DNA of 64,000 nucleotides from Cetorhinus maximus (taxonomy: Eukaryota). Both the position numbers and the translations under genes were made by a program. The notes below the pieces were generated by a model. That model did not search any database, was not told the origin of the DNA, and was given only the letters and a program-made list of their open reading frames with translations. This document shows, piece by piece, positions 50,712-64,000 of this stretch. Where the stretch lies: contig NC_135901.1 in NCBI RefSeq assembly GCF_964194155.1, forward strand, positions 14,322,001 through 14,386,000, given 5' to 3'. Every line of letters starts with the position of its first letter. The stretch's first letter is position 1.

Positions 50712-53633
50712 GTAAGTGACACCAAAACTCGCCGGGTTATAACCTGCCCTGGGTAATGTTCACCGTCAGTTTATTGTTGATATCAGTGGAGTTTGGGCAG
50801 GATGTGCGATTTGACGGAATCTGGACCATTATTGGTTTAACGGGCACATCGGGGACAACATTAACACCACGGACTCTCACACTCTGAATCGCTTTTAATG
50901 AGCAGAGATTGTCGACAATCCGGAATCCACTCCCGGTGTTAACTGTGACCGAGGGAGCTCTGTCTGTCACTTAGAGCCCGGGAGCGGGGTCACAGAGCTC
51001 TCTCCTGGGCAGCAGATTGCAGTCCGAGCCGCGCAATGTGAATGAGGTACCGGGTGAATAAACTCAGCACAACTGAGGCCAGTTCGGATACCTGCAGCGG
51101 CTCGTTCAATACCTGACCCGGGAGAAAAACGGGACAGTGACACAACGGACTCCAGGTATAAGAAATCCTGATGTGGGTCCAGATGGAATTTTATTATTGG
51201 ACAATCAGTGACTGAAATTAGTGACATTGTCCCCGCCATTGCTTTCAATTGTCTTCAAATTACCAATCACTTTCCTCCTTTTCCGACCTCAGATAGAATA
51301 GTGGAAGTCTGGAACTGCAGACACTTCTCTATATTGAATGTTGATACTTGAGGGATGGGATTGCTGTAATTTATCTGAATCCCTGATTACTGTGAATTGA
51401 AACAACACAGTGCAGTGAGAGAGTGAGGATGATGCATTCATTTTATAAAGGAGAACAGGAACTTTAGGAAACAATTATAAACTGGGGGAATGTTCATTTA
51501 GTATCAGCAAGAAATACTTCATCGCAAGGGAGAGAATGGTTGGGTGATTTCTGGGCACCTTTCAAAGTGCAATCCGACCCCCTGGTTGGTGAGGTTTATG
51601 GAGGGAGGGACTGAAATGGACTCTGGCCCGGAATGCTGTGGAATGTTTTGTTCTCCTTACAGAAGAGAGATCAATCTGCATTGGAAGGAGTGCAACAAAG
51701 GTTCATCAGACTGATTTCTGAGACGAAGGCATTGGTCAATGAGCAGAGATTGAATAGTAGAGCTCTACATTTCCTAGAGTTTAGAAGACTGAGAGGTGAT
51801 CATGACAAGGCAGATTCTGGGTCGCTGATTCCCCAGGCTGAGCAGTATATATAACTCGGGGTCAGAGTTTCAGAATAAAGGGTCATCCCTTGGAACTGAG
51901 AAGGAAAAAATGTATTCAGTGGAACCATTGTTATGAATCTGCAGCATTCTGTAACTCAGAGAGCGGTGGATGTTCAGTATCTGTGTGTTTGTAAGGCAAT
52001 ATTCAATAGATTTGCGGACACTAAAGGGATCAGGGATATGGGGAGAGTGCCGGAATGCGACGTTGAGGTTGTAAATCAGCCAGGATATTACTGAATGGCT
52101 GAGCAGGTTTGAAAGGTGATCTGGCGGCTCCTGTTTCTATTGATTGGATTCTCTGCTTTGACTTATTGCACTCCTGAGTAAATAAATCAGCAACAATCCA
52201 CATGTCTCTGGGAAGGTTGAACAGGCTGAATCTCTTTTCTTCTGGAAAATAGAGAACCACGAGCTTCCATGAAGATTTAATAGATTTTTTTTTAAATAAT
52301 GAACGGCTTTAATGTGGAGAAATTGTTTATTTGTGGCTGAGTCCAGGGCAATGGGCCATCAACATATGACAGTCAATAAAGAACAAATAAAAAACATTAA
52401 GACAAATAAATGTAAACAAAAAAAAATCAGCATGTGGAACTTGCTGCCGCATGGAATGGTTGGAGCAGGCAATATTGATGTATTTATTGAAACACTTGAA
52501 AATACAGGAGGGAGAAGGGAACAGACCGGCAGGGGGAGCTGGAGGGAAATGGTCAATTCGATTTCGGGCGGGGTCAGGTTGGAATGGATTATCAACACAG
52601 GTTGTATGGCCCATTCTTCATCCGCATTCTTCTTCCTTTAAAGTGCGAAATTCAGAGAAAGCTCCGCCCAGAGAACGCGGAGAGAATCAGTAAATGGGCG
52701 GAAAGAACTGAAATTGTCAGAGAGCCGGAAGAGGCAGTTCCCAGTGAGTCACAGTAAAACCACAGCGGAAACTGAACAGACTGAACCCAACCGACAACTG
52801 GGATGCTTTGGGACAATTTCCCACGATTGGAAGAACCACAAAAAGCAGAAAGTAAATGTGAAATAAAGGGAATGTGAAATAAAAGAAATAAAATGGAATT
52901 ATATGTCAAGTGAGCTCAACTGCAGAAAATTAGACTCTTTTGAAAGAACATAGAGAAACAGAGCAAAAGGCAGATAAAAATTCCACAGCAGTTTGAAACC
53001 GCAGTGAATGATTAGCTTTTGACCACTGACGTTCACTCTCTGTTTGGCCAAATCAGTGCTGATGAATTCCATCAGCTTGTGTTGGATCTTGCTGTGCGCA
53101 GTGATTCCACACAGCTGTGTTCATCTCCGGCACATATTGTTTTTGGAAACTGGCTCCTCGCTGATCATAAAATGTTCCCTCGGGTTTGTCTCTCACCCAG
53201 GAAAATTGAAACGGGATTGAAATTTAATTCATTGAATTATCCAGCACGGAAGGATGACATTCGGCCCATCGTGTAGGCGCTGACCCTTTAAAAGTGCAAT
53301 CCCATTGTTCCCACTGCCCATGAATTTTCTCCATAGCTCTGTATTTTTATTTACATTTCCAGCACAGACCCATTACCCGTTTGAAAGTTACAATGGAATC
53401 TGTTCCCAAGACCAATTCAGACCAAGTGCAGCACCGATCGGAAGAATTCGCCCTGTAAAATAAAATATCACCTCATTCCCCACTTGATCATATTTTCATA
53501 ACAGTGAACACGGTTCAAACAAGCTTCCAGCAAATAAAATTACTGCAAGAAGCAGAGCTATTCACGCGATTCAATTCACCTGGACAAACAGTGTCTAAAC
53601 AAAAAGATAATGTTCATTTTTTTTATCCTCCAG

Positions 53634-53974
53634 ATTCCCGTTCCATAATTTCCCGGAATCCACCTCTACAAAACTCCGCTGCCGGTGACACCGTTACTTT
53701 AAGCTGTGGATATTCGGGGTTCTGCACAGTGCACTGGTGCCGTCATTCCCCAAGGACAGGCTTGGGAATACCTGCTCCAGTGACACACCTCAGAAGAGGA
53801 GAATAAAGAAAACGCAGCCGGGGGGAAGAATTTCTGCTTCTATCGATCCTGCCGAGAAGATCATCCGGTTAAGAATCTCCAAACTGCAACTGAGCGACTC
53901 CGCTGTGTATTACTGTGCACTGAGTCGTCGCACAGCACAGTGATACAGAGCACGGTGAGAGCTGTACAAAAACC
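53634..53974 (+). pseudogene. TRDV: Supporting TCR-delta V 4 pseudogene with an intact first 23-RSS
   Basis: 302 nt versus 306: 6-nt CDR1 deletion, two +1 insertions and a TGA. RSS CACAGTG-23-ACAAAAACC at 53936-53974; second heptamer at 53998 has no nonamer. Confidence 0.88.
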
Positions 53975-54299
53975 TGAACACAGTGGCATTACAGACACAC
54001 AGTGATATGGGCACGGAAGGAGTTCAAATTCTTGTACTTTTTCTGTATTAAGTTGAAAGGAACACACACACACACACACACACATACACGCGCACAGAGA
54101 GAGAAGAGCGGTGGGAAAGGGAATCACCTAATCTCCACGAATGTATTTACAATTGACCTTGTAATTTTGTAGCACAGAATAAAGCCGTTAAACCCATCAG
54201 GTTCGCACGTTCCTTCCGGCTCCCCAGAGCCTTTAATATTTTTATATTTCGAGCTGCCTACAATACTCCTGCTAAAATAATTCATTCAATTATCCGTTC

Positions 54300-54750
54300 T
54301 TCAAAAAGCGATGTGGACTATTTGGGCATAAATGGTTGAAGGTGGCCTGACAGCCTAAGAAAATGCTCCTAAAACATCCGGAATCATCGGCTTCATAACA
54401 GTGGCATAGAGTCCAAAAGAAGGAAGCGCTAATGATCCCCTGGAAAGCACTGGTTCCCCCTCAACTGGAGCATTGTGTCCACTTCCGGGCATCGCACTTC
54501 AGGAAGGGAGTGAATGGTTTAGAAAGGGCGCAGATAAGTTTCCCAGGATCGGTCATGGGATGCAGAACTTCAGATTGGGGAAACTGGGCTTGTTCTCCAT
54601 GGAGAATGGGAGGTTCAGGGGATGTTTGATAGAGGTGTTCAAAATCATGAGAGTGTGGCCAGAGTAGATAGAAACAAACTGTTTCTATTGGCGAAAGAGT
54701 AGGGAGCAAGAACAGGAGGTTGGGTTTAGATTCATTTCCTTGGTGAATGG
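54300..54750 (+). mobile_element. Degenerate CR1 3' fragment
   Basis: KALVPPQLEHCVHFR...KLGLFSMENGRFRGCLIEVFKIM motif. Confidence 0.7.
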
Positions 54751-55189
54751 GTCGTGGAAGGCAGCGGCTCCGGCAATTCACTGCGGCTGGGAAAGCTCCT
54801 TATCTGTGGCACAGAGAGTGGGGGCGGCACATTGTCCGCACATTCGCGACTGTACAAATCCATCATTTCGATCTATTAAGAACGAATGCTTACTTCGAAG
54901 TCACTTTTCGTATTAATCGAGTCTTATCCACATACACGTTAGATATGCACAGCCTGCTGTCTCACACACACAGGGCTAACGGTGCGTGACAGAAACCTGG
55001 CCACTGGTTTACAATGGCTCAGGGCAAAATCTTCTCTTCACGACACCTGCACGGTGATTGGCTGTTTCTCCCATTGATTCGGGTCGGGGGGTCACGGAGT
55101 GTCTTTAAATCACCGCCCAGAATATCAAGTTAAGATTGAGAGCGAGAGACTTCAGTCCCATACTCGTGTTCTGGAGGAATCTACATAGG

Positions 55190-57370
55190 CATGAGGACAG
55201 ATACGGCCCTCGTGGACTGGGCAGGAAGACTACGAGGTAGGACAGTTGATGAACAGTGACAGATATTTAAGGAGATATTCAATTCCTCCCAAGTAAAATA
55301 TATTCCAAATAGGAAGAAAGATCTTAAGAGGGGAGGAAAAGCATCCATGGCTTAAGAAGGGAGGTAAATATAACATAAAGGCAAAAACCAAGACATAACA
55401 AATTGCAAAGGTCAGTGGCAGGCTGGAAGATTGGGAAACTTTTTAAAGATCAACAAAAGCTTACTAAAAAAAGGTAAAAAGAGCAAAGGTAAATTATGAA
55501 ATAAAACTTGTGCAAAATATAAAAACTGACAGCTTCTACAAGTATATGAAAGGAAAGAGAGCAGCTGAAGCGAATGTTGGTCCCTTGGAGGATGAGACTG
55601 GGGAGTTAATAGTGGGGAATGCAGAAATGGCAGAGACGCTTAATCAATATTTTGCCTCAGTTTTCACGGTGGAGGACACTAGTCCCACCCCTCTAGTAAC
55701 AGGTCGTGCAGAGGGTATAGAGAAGGAGGAACTTAGAAAAGTCACCCTCTATAGAGAAAAAGAACTGAGCAAACGATTGAGGTTAAAGGGTGACAAGTCC
55801 CCAGGACCTGATTGCCTACATCCTAGGGTCTTAAAGGAAGTGGCAGCGGAGAGAGTGGATGCATTGGTTATAATATTCCAAAATTACATGGATTCTGGAA
55901 AGGTTCAAGTGGATTGGAAAAATGCTAATATAACGCCCTTATTAAAAAAGGGGGAGGCAGAAAGTAGGAAACTATAGATCAGTTAGTTTAACATTGTCGT
56001 TGGGAAATTGTTGGAATCCATTATTAAGGAAGTAGTAATGGAGGACTTGGAAAGTCATAATTCAATCCATCAGAGTCAGCATGGTTTTATGAAGAGTAAA
56101 TCGTGTTTGACTAATTTTCTAGAGTTCCTTGAAGATGTGACAAGCAAAGTGGATAACGGGGATCCTGTAGATGTAGTGTATCTGGACTTCCAAAAGGCCT
56201 TTGATAAGTTGCCACACAAAAGATTAATACACAAGGTAAGATCACACAGAGTTAGGGCTAAAATATTAGCTTGGATAGAGGATTGGCTAGCCAACAGAAA
56301 GCAGAGAGTCGGGATAAATGGGTCTTTTTCTGGATGGCAAGCTGTAACTAGTGGGGTTTGGTCCTTGGGCCCCGACTATTTGCAATCTATATCAATGACT
56401 TGGATTCAGGGATAGAAGGTACTATAGCTAAATTTGCAGATGACACCAAAATTGGTGGGAAAGTAAGTTGCAATGAAGAAATAAGAAATTTACAAATGGA
56501 TTTGGATGGGTTAGGTGAATGGGCCCAAATTTGGCAGATGGAGTTTAACGTGGATAAGTCTGAGGTTATCCATTTTGGCCAGAAGAATTAGAGGGCGACT
56601 TATTATTCAAATGGAGGGAAACTTCAGAATGCTTCAGCGCAGAGGGATCTGGGTGTCCTCGTGCATGAATCACTGAAAGCTAGCATGCAGGTTCAGCAGA
56701 TAATAAGGAAGGCAAATGGAATTTTGGCATTGATTGCTAAAGGAATAGAGTATAGAAATAGGGAAGTGTTGTTTCAACTGTACAAGGCATTGGTGAGACT
56801 GCACCTGGAGCACTGTGCACAGTGTTGCTCCCCTTGCTTGAGGAAGGATGTTGTTGCATTGGAGGCGGTTCAGAGGTGGTTCACTAGATTGATTCCAGAG
56901 ATGCGGGGCTTGTCTTATGAGGAGCGATAGAGCAGTTTTGGCCTATACTCGCTAGAGTTTAGACGTATGAGAGGATATCTAATTAAGGTGTATAAGGTGC
57001 TAAAGGGTACAGACAAAGTAGACGTGGGGCGAATATTTCCCCTTGTGGGGCATTCCAGAACGAGAGGCCATAGTCTTAAGCAAAGGGGTGGCAGATTTAA
57101 ATCAGAGACGAGGAAGAATTACTTTTCTCAAAGGGCCGTGAATCTGTGGAACTCTTTACCTCAGGGTGCAGTGGATGCTGGGACCCTGAATAAATTTAAA
57201 GAGGAGATAGACAGATTTTTAATTAGTAACGGGTTGAAAGGTTATGGGGAGAGGGCGGGAAATTGGAGTTGAGGCCGAAATGAGGTCAGCCATGATCGTA
57301 TTGAATGGTGAGGCCCGAGGGGCTGAATTGCTTACTCCTGTTCATGGTTCTCATGTTCTTATGTTCTAAT
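55190..57370 (+). mobile_element. CR1 LINE 3' half with reverse transcriptase, disrupted
   Basis: KSPGPDCLHPRVLKE, QHGFMKSKSCLTN, YLDFQKAFDKLPH, IAKFADDTKIG; short tandem 3' tail (TTCTCATGTTCTTATGTTCT). Confidence 0.92.
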
Positions 57371-59140
57371 GTGAACAATTCACTGGAGCAGAAGGCTCCT
57401 GAAATATCCTGATCCTCAATGGTGGGGGAGGCCAGAGCCTCAGAGCAAAAGATAAGTCCGAACCATTTGTTCCAAACTTCAGCCAGAAATGCCGAGCGGA
57501 TGTTCCATCTCTGCCTCCTCCAGAGGTCCCCAGCATCACAGCTGCCAGTCTTCAGCCACTTCGATTCACTCCACGTGATGTTGAGAAACGGCTGAAGGCA
57601 CCGGATACTGCAAAGGCTGTGGCCCCTGACATATTCGGCAACATTACTGAAGACCTGTGCTCCAGAGCTTGCCGTGCTCCTAGCCAAGCTGCTGCAGTAC
57701 AGCTACAACACTGGCATCGACCCAGCAATGTGGAAAATTGCCAGGCAGGAATATTCCAACCCGGCAAATTACTGCCTCATCAGTCTACTCTCGATTATCA
57801 GTAAAGTAATGGAAGGGGTCATCAACAGTGCTGTCATGCAGCACTTCCTTCGCAATAACCTGCTCACTGACGCCCAGTTTGGTTTCCACCAGGGCCATTC
57901 AGCTCCTGTCCTCATTACAGCCTTGTTTGAATCATGGACAAAAGGGCTGAACTCTCAAGGTGAGGTCGGAGGGACAGCCCTTCTCACCAAGACCGATTTT
58001 TACAGAGTGTGGCAACAACGGGCCCTAGCAAAACTGGAGTCAATGGGAATAAGGGGAAAAACTCCGATGGTTGGAGTCATACCTAGCACAAAGGAAAATG
58101 GTTGTGGTTGTTGGAGATCAGTCATCTCGGCTCCAGGGCATCACTGCAGGAGTTCCTCAGGGTAGTGTTCTAGACCCAACCATCTACAGCTGCTTCATCA
58201 ATGACCTCCCTTCCATAATAACGTCAGAAGTGGCGATGTTCGCTGATGCTTGCAGAATGTTCAGCACCATTCACGACTCCTCAGGTAGTGAAGCAGTCCA
58301 TGTCCATGGCCTGGACAACATCCAGTCTTGGCTGACCAATGCTGATGACTTGTCCTCCAGAAGTAACATACGCGCCACACAAGTGCCAGGCAACCACCAT
58401 CTCTAACAAGAGACAGTCTAATCATCGCCCTTTGATGTTCAATATCATTACCATCACTGAATCCAACACTATCAGCATCCTGGGGGGTTACCATTAACCA
58501 GAAACTGAACTGAACTAACCACCTGTGGCTAAAAGAGCAATTCAGTGGCCGGGAATCCAGCGGCGAGTAACTCACCTCTTGAATCCACAAACCTGTCCAC
58601 AATCTACAAGGCACAATTCAGGAGTGTGATGGAATATTCTGCACTTGTTTGGATGAGTGCAGTTCCAACAGCGCTCAACCAGACTGACACCATCCAGGAC
58701 CCAGCAGCCCTCTCGATTGGCACCCCATCCATACACATTCACTCTCTCCACCACCGACACACAGTAGCAGCAGTGTGTACCATCTACAAGATGCGCTGCA
58801 GGAATTCACCAAGGTTCCTTAGGCATCACCTCCTAAATGCACGACCACTACCATCTAGAAGTGCAAGGGCAGCAGATAGATGGGAACCCCACCACCTGGA
58901 GGTTCTCCTCCAGGTCACTCACCATCCTAACTTGGAAATATATCTCAATTCATTCACTGTCGCTGAGTCAAATTCCTGGAACTCCCTCCCCAACAACGCA
59001 GTGGGTGTACCTACACCACATGGACTGCAGCGGTTCAAGAAGGCAGCTCACCACCACCTCCGCAAGGGCAATTAAGGAACGTAAATAAATGCTGGTCGAG
59101 CCAATGAAACCCTCATTGCTTGAATGAATTAAAATAAAAA
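57371..59140 (+). mobile_element. Second non-LTR LINE (CR1/L2-group RT), 5'-truncated and disrupted
   Basis: NYCLISLLSIISKVME, QFGFHQGHS, GVPQGSVLDP, MFAD; the 3' tail is shared with the local SINEs and ends A-rich. Confidence 0.87.
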
Positions 59141-59149
59141 CAGTGTTAA

Positions 59150-60360
59150 GCGCGTTTGGTACTTAACTAATTTGCTTGAGTTATTTGACGAGGTAGCGGA
59201 GAGGTTTGATGAGGTGAATGTGGTTCATGTGGCATACATGGACTTCGATTAAGTGCCATATAAAAGTCTTGACAACAAAGTTAGAGCCCGTGGAATAAAA
59301 GGGGCAGTCGGAGCATGGATGCGAAATTATCTGAGCAGCAGGAAACATCGCGGTGAACGGCTGTTCCTCGGGCTGGAAGAAGGAAAACAGTTGGATTCCC
59401 TAGGGATCGGCGTTGGGATCTTTACTTTTTCAATTTATATCAATGATCTAGCTTTGAGTTCACAGGGAACAATTTCAAAATTTGCGGATGACACCAAATT
59501 TGGATCTATTGCAAACTATGAAGAAATAATGAGAAGCTTCAAAAGCACATGGACAGACTGTGCAACGGGCGGTCAAATGGCACGTGCAAGTTATTGCAGA
59601 TAAGGATGAACTGATTAATTTCAGTGCTAAAAGCGAAAAGAAGCAATATGAAATCAAGAGTTCAATTGCAAAGGGGATGCAGGAGCAGAGGAGCCTTTGG
59701 GCCTATGTGCATAAACAATTGAATAGCGCAGGGCAGGTTGAGAAAAAGGTTCCTAAATATGCAGCATACCGGGCTTTAGAAATAGGATATAGACAATACA
59801 AACAAGGAAATTATGATAAATCTTTGCAAAAGACGTGGCCTCAGCTGGAGTATTATGTATCATTTTGGCCATCGCACTTTCGGATGGAAGTGAAGGCATG
59901 CGAGAGGGCGCAGGACACACTCATGGGAATGATGCCAGTGAATTTCAGATACGTGGATAGTTTTTCTCTACTGAGAAGGGAAAATTAAGTGGAGATTTCA
60001 TAGATTTGTTAGGTGTGCAAATGATGCGGGAAATGGTCAATATATGTAGGGAAGGATTGAGGATGAGAAGACCCCGATACAAGGCGATTGGCAAAAGATG
60101 AAACAGTGACATGATGGAAATATTTTTCCATGGACTGAGTAATTCACATCTGGAATGCACAGCCTGAGTGTGCGGCGGCAGCAGATCCAATCGTGGCTTT
60201 CAATAGGGAATTCAATAAAAACCTGAAGAGCAAAACATTGCAGAGCTCGAGAGAAAAGACGGATAGTGGGGCTGGGTGAGTTGCACTTAAAATGGGCTAG
60301 CACGGAAAATACGGGGTGAATTGCCACTATCTGAGATGTAATCATCCAACGATTCAGTGA
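59150..60360 (+). mobile_element. Third, more decayed CR1 RT fragment
   Basis: CLTNLLE-like start, IYINDL...ISKFADDTKFG, PQLEYYVSFW. Confidence 0.78.
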
Positions 60361-60479
60361 TATAATAATTCAATATATTTTCTGCTTGAGAAACAAAAAA
60401 ATCCTTAAATAGGAAGGAAGTGAGAAAATGGAAGAACTGAAGGAATGCCTTTAACAGGATAAATGGACAGGAAACACGA

Positions 60480-60620
60480 ACTTTACTCTTTCATGGCACG
60501 TGGGCGTCGCTAGCAAGGCCGGCATTTGTTGCCTATCCCTAATTGCACTTGAATTGAGTGGCTTGCTGGGACATTTGAGAGGGAGTTTTAGAGTCAACCA
60601 TATTGCTGTGGCTCTGCCCT
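60480..60620 (-). mobile_element. Shark SINE 3' fragment, inverted
   Basis: Reverse complement of the SINE tail seen at 23.6 kb. Confidence 0.62.
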
Positions 60621-61289
60621 GCCCCTGATTCAATGGTGGAATCGACCAATCATGGTGCTGTGACTGATGGAAAGTGTTGGGGAGCCGTCGATTCCCATGG
60701 GAAAACTTCCATTAGCTTTGTGAAACGTGCATTTAACAATGTTTGTGGGTCGTTCACGCTTCATAAGTGCGGCCGTTTATTTAGATAGGAAGGCCTTATT
60801 TTAACAGGGAGCACTGTCGAGGTGCGCATATTCTCACCCAGTGCAGCGCGGCCCTTGAACACATAGGGGCCTTTCCCAGCTGCGGTAATTGTGGGAGATG
60901 CTGACCTCCATGGAAAGATCATTGGTAGGTTGAATCCAAACCCAAACTCCCCCTCAGCTGGGAGTTCCCGGTCACTTGGTGCAAGAGACTGCGGGTTCTC
61001 TTGGGCGGAGGGAGTTTCTCGTTCGATTCTAGCCCGAGTCCTGGAAATCGCAGGAGATGGTGAAGGTCTCTACGGATTGAACAAAAAAAAGGGAAATAAA
61101 CGAATTGGCTGATACCTGAGGAAAAAGGCGGCAATACATTTACCCTAAATTATGAATTGGTCCATAATCAATGTTTCCAGGAAAAGGGAGATGAGAATGT
61201 GGAATAATTTCATGAACGATATTTGAAGACGAATTGCACAGGAGAGGATATTAAGAATGATCCATGTGTCTGCAATCCCACCATGTTCA

Positions 61290-61390
61290 GGTTTTTGTAC
61301 AGCTAACTCCGTGCTCTGTATCACTGTGTGTCTGCAATCCCACCATGTTCAGGTTTTTGTACAGCTCTCTCCGTGCTCTGTATCACTGTG
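61290..61390 (-). promoter_or_regulatory. Two tandem perfect 23-RSSs (62-bp period)
   Basis: GGTTTTTGT-23-CACTGTG at 61290-61328 and at 61352-61390. Confidence 0.93.
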
Positions 61391-61696
61391 CTGTGCGCCG
61401 AGTTAGGTGACAGTAATACACAGCGGAGTCGCTCAGTTGTAGTTTGGAGATATTTAACCGGCTGATTTTCTCGGCACGATCGATAGAAGCAGAAATTCTT
61501 CCCCCGGCAGCGTTTTCTTTATTCACCTCTCCTGAAGTGTGCCTCTGCAGCAGATATTCCGGAGCCTGTCCTGGGGACTGACGGTACCAGTGTACTGTGT
61601 ACTGACAGAACCCTGAATATTTACATCTTAAAGTAACGGTGTCACCGGCAGCAGAGGTTTGTAGAGGCGGACTCCAGGATATCAGGAACCTTGGAT
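61391..61696 (-). CDS. TRDV: Supporting TCR-delta V 5 (leaderless, intact, inverted)
   Basis: Acceptor cttccAG; DPRFLISWSPPLQTSAAGDTVTLRCKYSGFCQYTVHWYRQSPGQAPEYLL...DSAVYYCHLTRRT; 306 nt. Flank 61.7-63.4 kb is the inverted homolog of the J to supporting-V intron. Confidence 0.92.
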
Positions 61697-64000
61697 CTGG
61701 AAGTTGAAAAATGGACATTATGTGTTTGTTTTGCTACTGCTGACATGGGAGATTTGTCTATCGCGCGAACAGCTTTGTGTTTTTTTTTATATTGATTTGA
61801 AGCCTATTCGAACGCTGCTCATTGTTACTGAAATATGATCAACTGGGGAATGAGGTGATATTTTGTCTTCAGAGCGAATTCCTCCGATCAGGACTTCACT
61901 ATCTGAATGGGTTTTGGGAATAGATTCAATAGTAACTTTCAAACGGGTAATGGATCTGTTCTAAAACTGAAAAAATGCAGTACTATGGGGAATATGCATG
62001 AGTGGAGGGAACAATTGGATTACACTTTTAAAGGGACAGCACCTACACGATGGGCCGGATGTCATCCTTCCGCGCTGTATCGTTCTATGATGTATATTAA
62101 ATTTGTTTTTTTTTCCCCGGTGAGAGACGTTCCCGAGGGAACATTTTATTAACAGTGACACAGCCACTTTCCAAAATGTATTTATCCGACAGTAACGTAG
62201 CTACTTTGCATCACTGCGCACAGCAAGATCCATCAGAAAGCGATTGCAATTGGTCAGCACCAATCGGGTCAAACAGATGGTGAATGTCGATGGAGAAATG
62301 TCACCCATTAACTTCAGTTTAACACTTCTCAGGAGTTTCCATCTGCCTTTGGGCCTTTTAGACTATTTTCTTTGGTCAATGTAGTTTTTTCCCCATTTCT
62401 CTTTTATTTGACATATTTAAAGTTAGTTTCATTTCATTTCTACATTTACTTTGTCCCGTTTGTGCTTCTTGCCATCGTGGGAACTTGTCCCAAACTCTCT
62501 CAGTTGTCGGTTGGGCTCAGCCAGTTCAGTTTCCGCAGTGGTTTTACTGTTACTCACTGGCAACTGCCTCTTCCGGCTCTCTGACAATTTCAATTCTTTC
62601 CGCCCATTGACTGATTCTCTCCGCGTTCTCTGGGCGGAGTTTTCTCTAAGTTTTTCGTTGTACTCAATCTGCAGGAGAGGGACCGGCCATTCGGCACAGT
62701 GATTTATGTTGTGTGTACAATCCATACATGTCTCCCTAACCCGAAATCTAATTGACCATTTCAATCCAGCTCCCTGTGCTGGCCTGTTCCGTTTTCCCCC
62801 CTGTATTTTCAGCCTTCCCATAAATCCATCAATAAGGTCTGCTCCAACCACTCAATGTGGCATCAAGTTCCACATTCTGACGCTTCTTAGCGTATAATTT
62901 TCTTCTTAATGTCTGTGCTCTGTTAGTGACGATCTGATATTAATGTCCCACTGACCTGGACTCACCCACAAATATACAGCTGCACCACATGCACTCTATT
63001 AAACCCGTTCATAATTTAAAAGATTTCTTTGAATTGTCCTCCGGGTTCTCTGTTTCCCAGAGTAAAGTGACCCAGCCTGTTCAATCTTTCCAGAGAGATG
63101 TGCATTTTTGCTGATTTCCATTCTCAGAAATTTAAGACATCAATGCAAAGAATTTTACAAATATAAGCAGGAGTGAACATAACAACTTTCAAACCTGCTC
63201 CGACGCTCAATAATATCGTGGCTGATCTTCTACTTCAAGATCACATTCCCATCTTCATAGATTCTTTTCATAACCAAAAACCTGCCTTGAATACATTCAT
63301 CCACTGAGTATCCACACATCTCTGAGCTGTAGAATGCCACACATTCACAGCAATGGTTTGACTGAAGAAACTTCTCCTCTCCTCAGTTCTAATGGCCGAC
63401 CCCGAATTTTGAAACTGTTACCCTTTGTTATAGCCTGGGGAGGCACCCCCCAGAATCTGCCCTGTCAGCCTGTTGAGAATAAGATATGCTGTAATGAGAT
63501 CAGCTCTCATTCCTCTAAACTACAGCTACGAAATTATAATAAATTTTAAAATATTTTTCAGTTTTATTGTGCAGTAGATTTATGGGTTTAAATAGAGTTG
63601 GTTCTGTCTGTGTGATTTAATTACATTTGGGATCAAGTACACTGCAAGCTTGAAATTATCGAACGAAGCAATGCGTTGAAATGTGCTTGAAATGCTAATG
63701 AGTAAACATGAATGCTGGCTTAACATGTAAGGAGTGCAGGGAATTTAGGTTTCAATGGGACATTAGTCTGTTTACAACTAGCCAGATAAGCAAGGCTGAG
63801 GAGTGAGTTTTAATTTGCCCCAAAGGTTATCAGCAATATTGACAATATAATATTTTTTTATTATGAGGAAGGCACAGTTTTAAAGGTATGTGGAACAATA
63901 ACATTTACATACTAAAGAGCGATAAACATATATAGAGGAGAATGAAAGGCTATGTGAGGAGTGGGCCATGTAAGATCTGACAGGAATATATGAAACATCC

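Larger units (their letters stand above)
11797..54030 (+). repeat. Tandem segmental duplication of NAR-TCR cassettes (units begin at ~11797, 24294, 36656 and ~49000)
   Basis: Homologous features recur at offsets of 12362-12363 bp in units 1-3; unit 4 is more diverged. Confidence 0.93.

Noticed and set aside
54800-54862. CACATTG...ACAAATCCA RSS-like element
   Set aside because: The spacer is 19 bp and there is no convincing upstream V.

Overview
Eukaryotic (cartilaginous fish, shark-like) antigen-receptor DNA, most likely the V region of the TCR alpha/delta locus. The core (about 11.8-54 kb, + strand) holds four tandem NAR-TCR cassettes with a period of about 12.36 kb. Each has a leader exon, an IgNAR-like V (22-bp RSS), a D (12/12 RSS) and a J (23 RSS), followed about 3 kb later by a leaderless supporting TCR-delta V with an extra CDR1 Cys. 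Supporting V1-3 are intact and V4 is a pseudogene. A fifth intact supporting V lies inverted at 61.4-61.7 kb, with its cassette probably running off the window. The window also contains a truncated IgH-like V pseudogene, several TCR V pseudogenes on both strands, CR1-type LINEs, shark SINEs, mini/microsatellites and N gaps. No constant exons or TCR-delta D/J segments were seen. The most unusual features are (i) 62-bp tandem arrays of complete 23-RSSs behind every intact supporting V, (ii) arrays of about 20 co-oriented CTCF-motif-like monomers between cassettes, and (iii) an RSS and splice geometry that formally allows chains with three or more V domains. All calls were read by eye; no database search was run.
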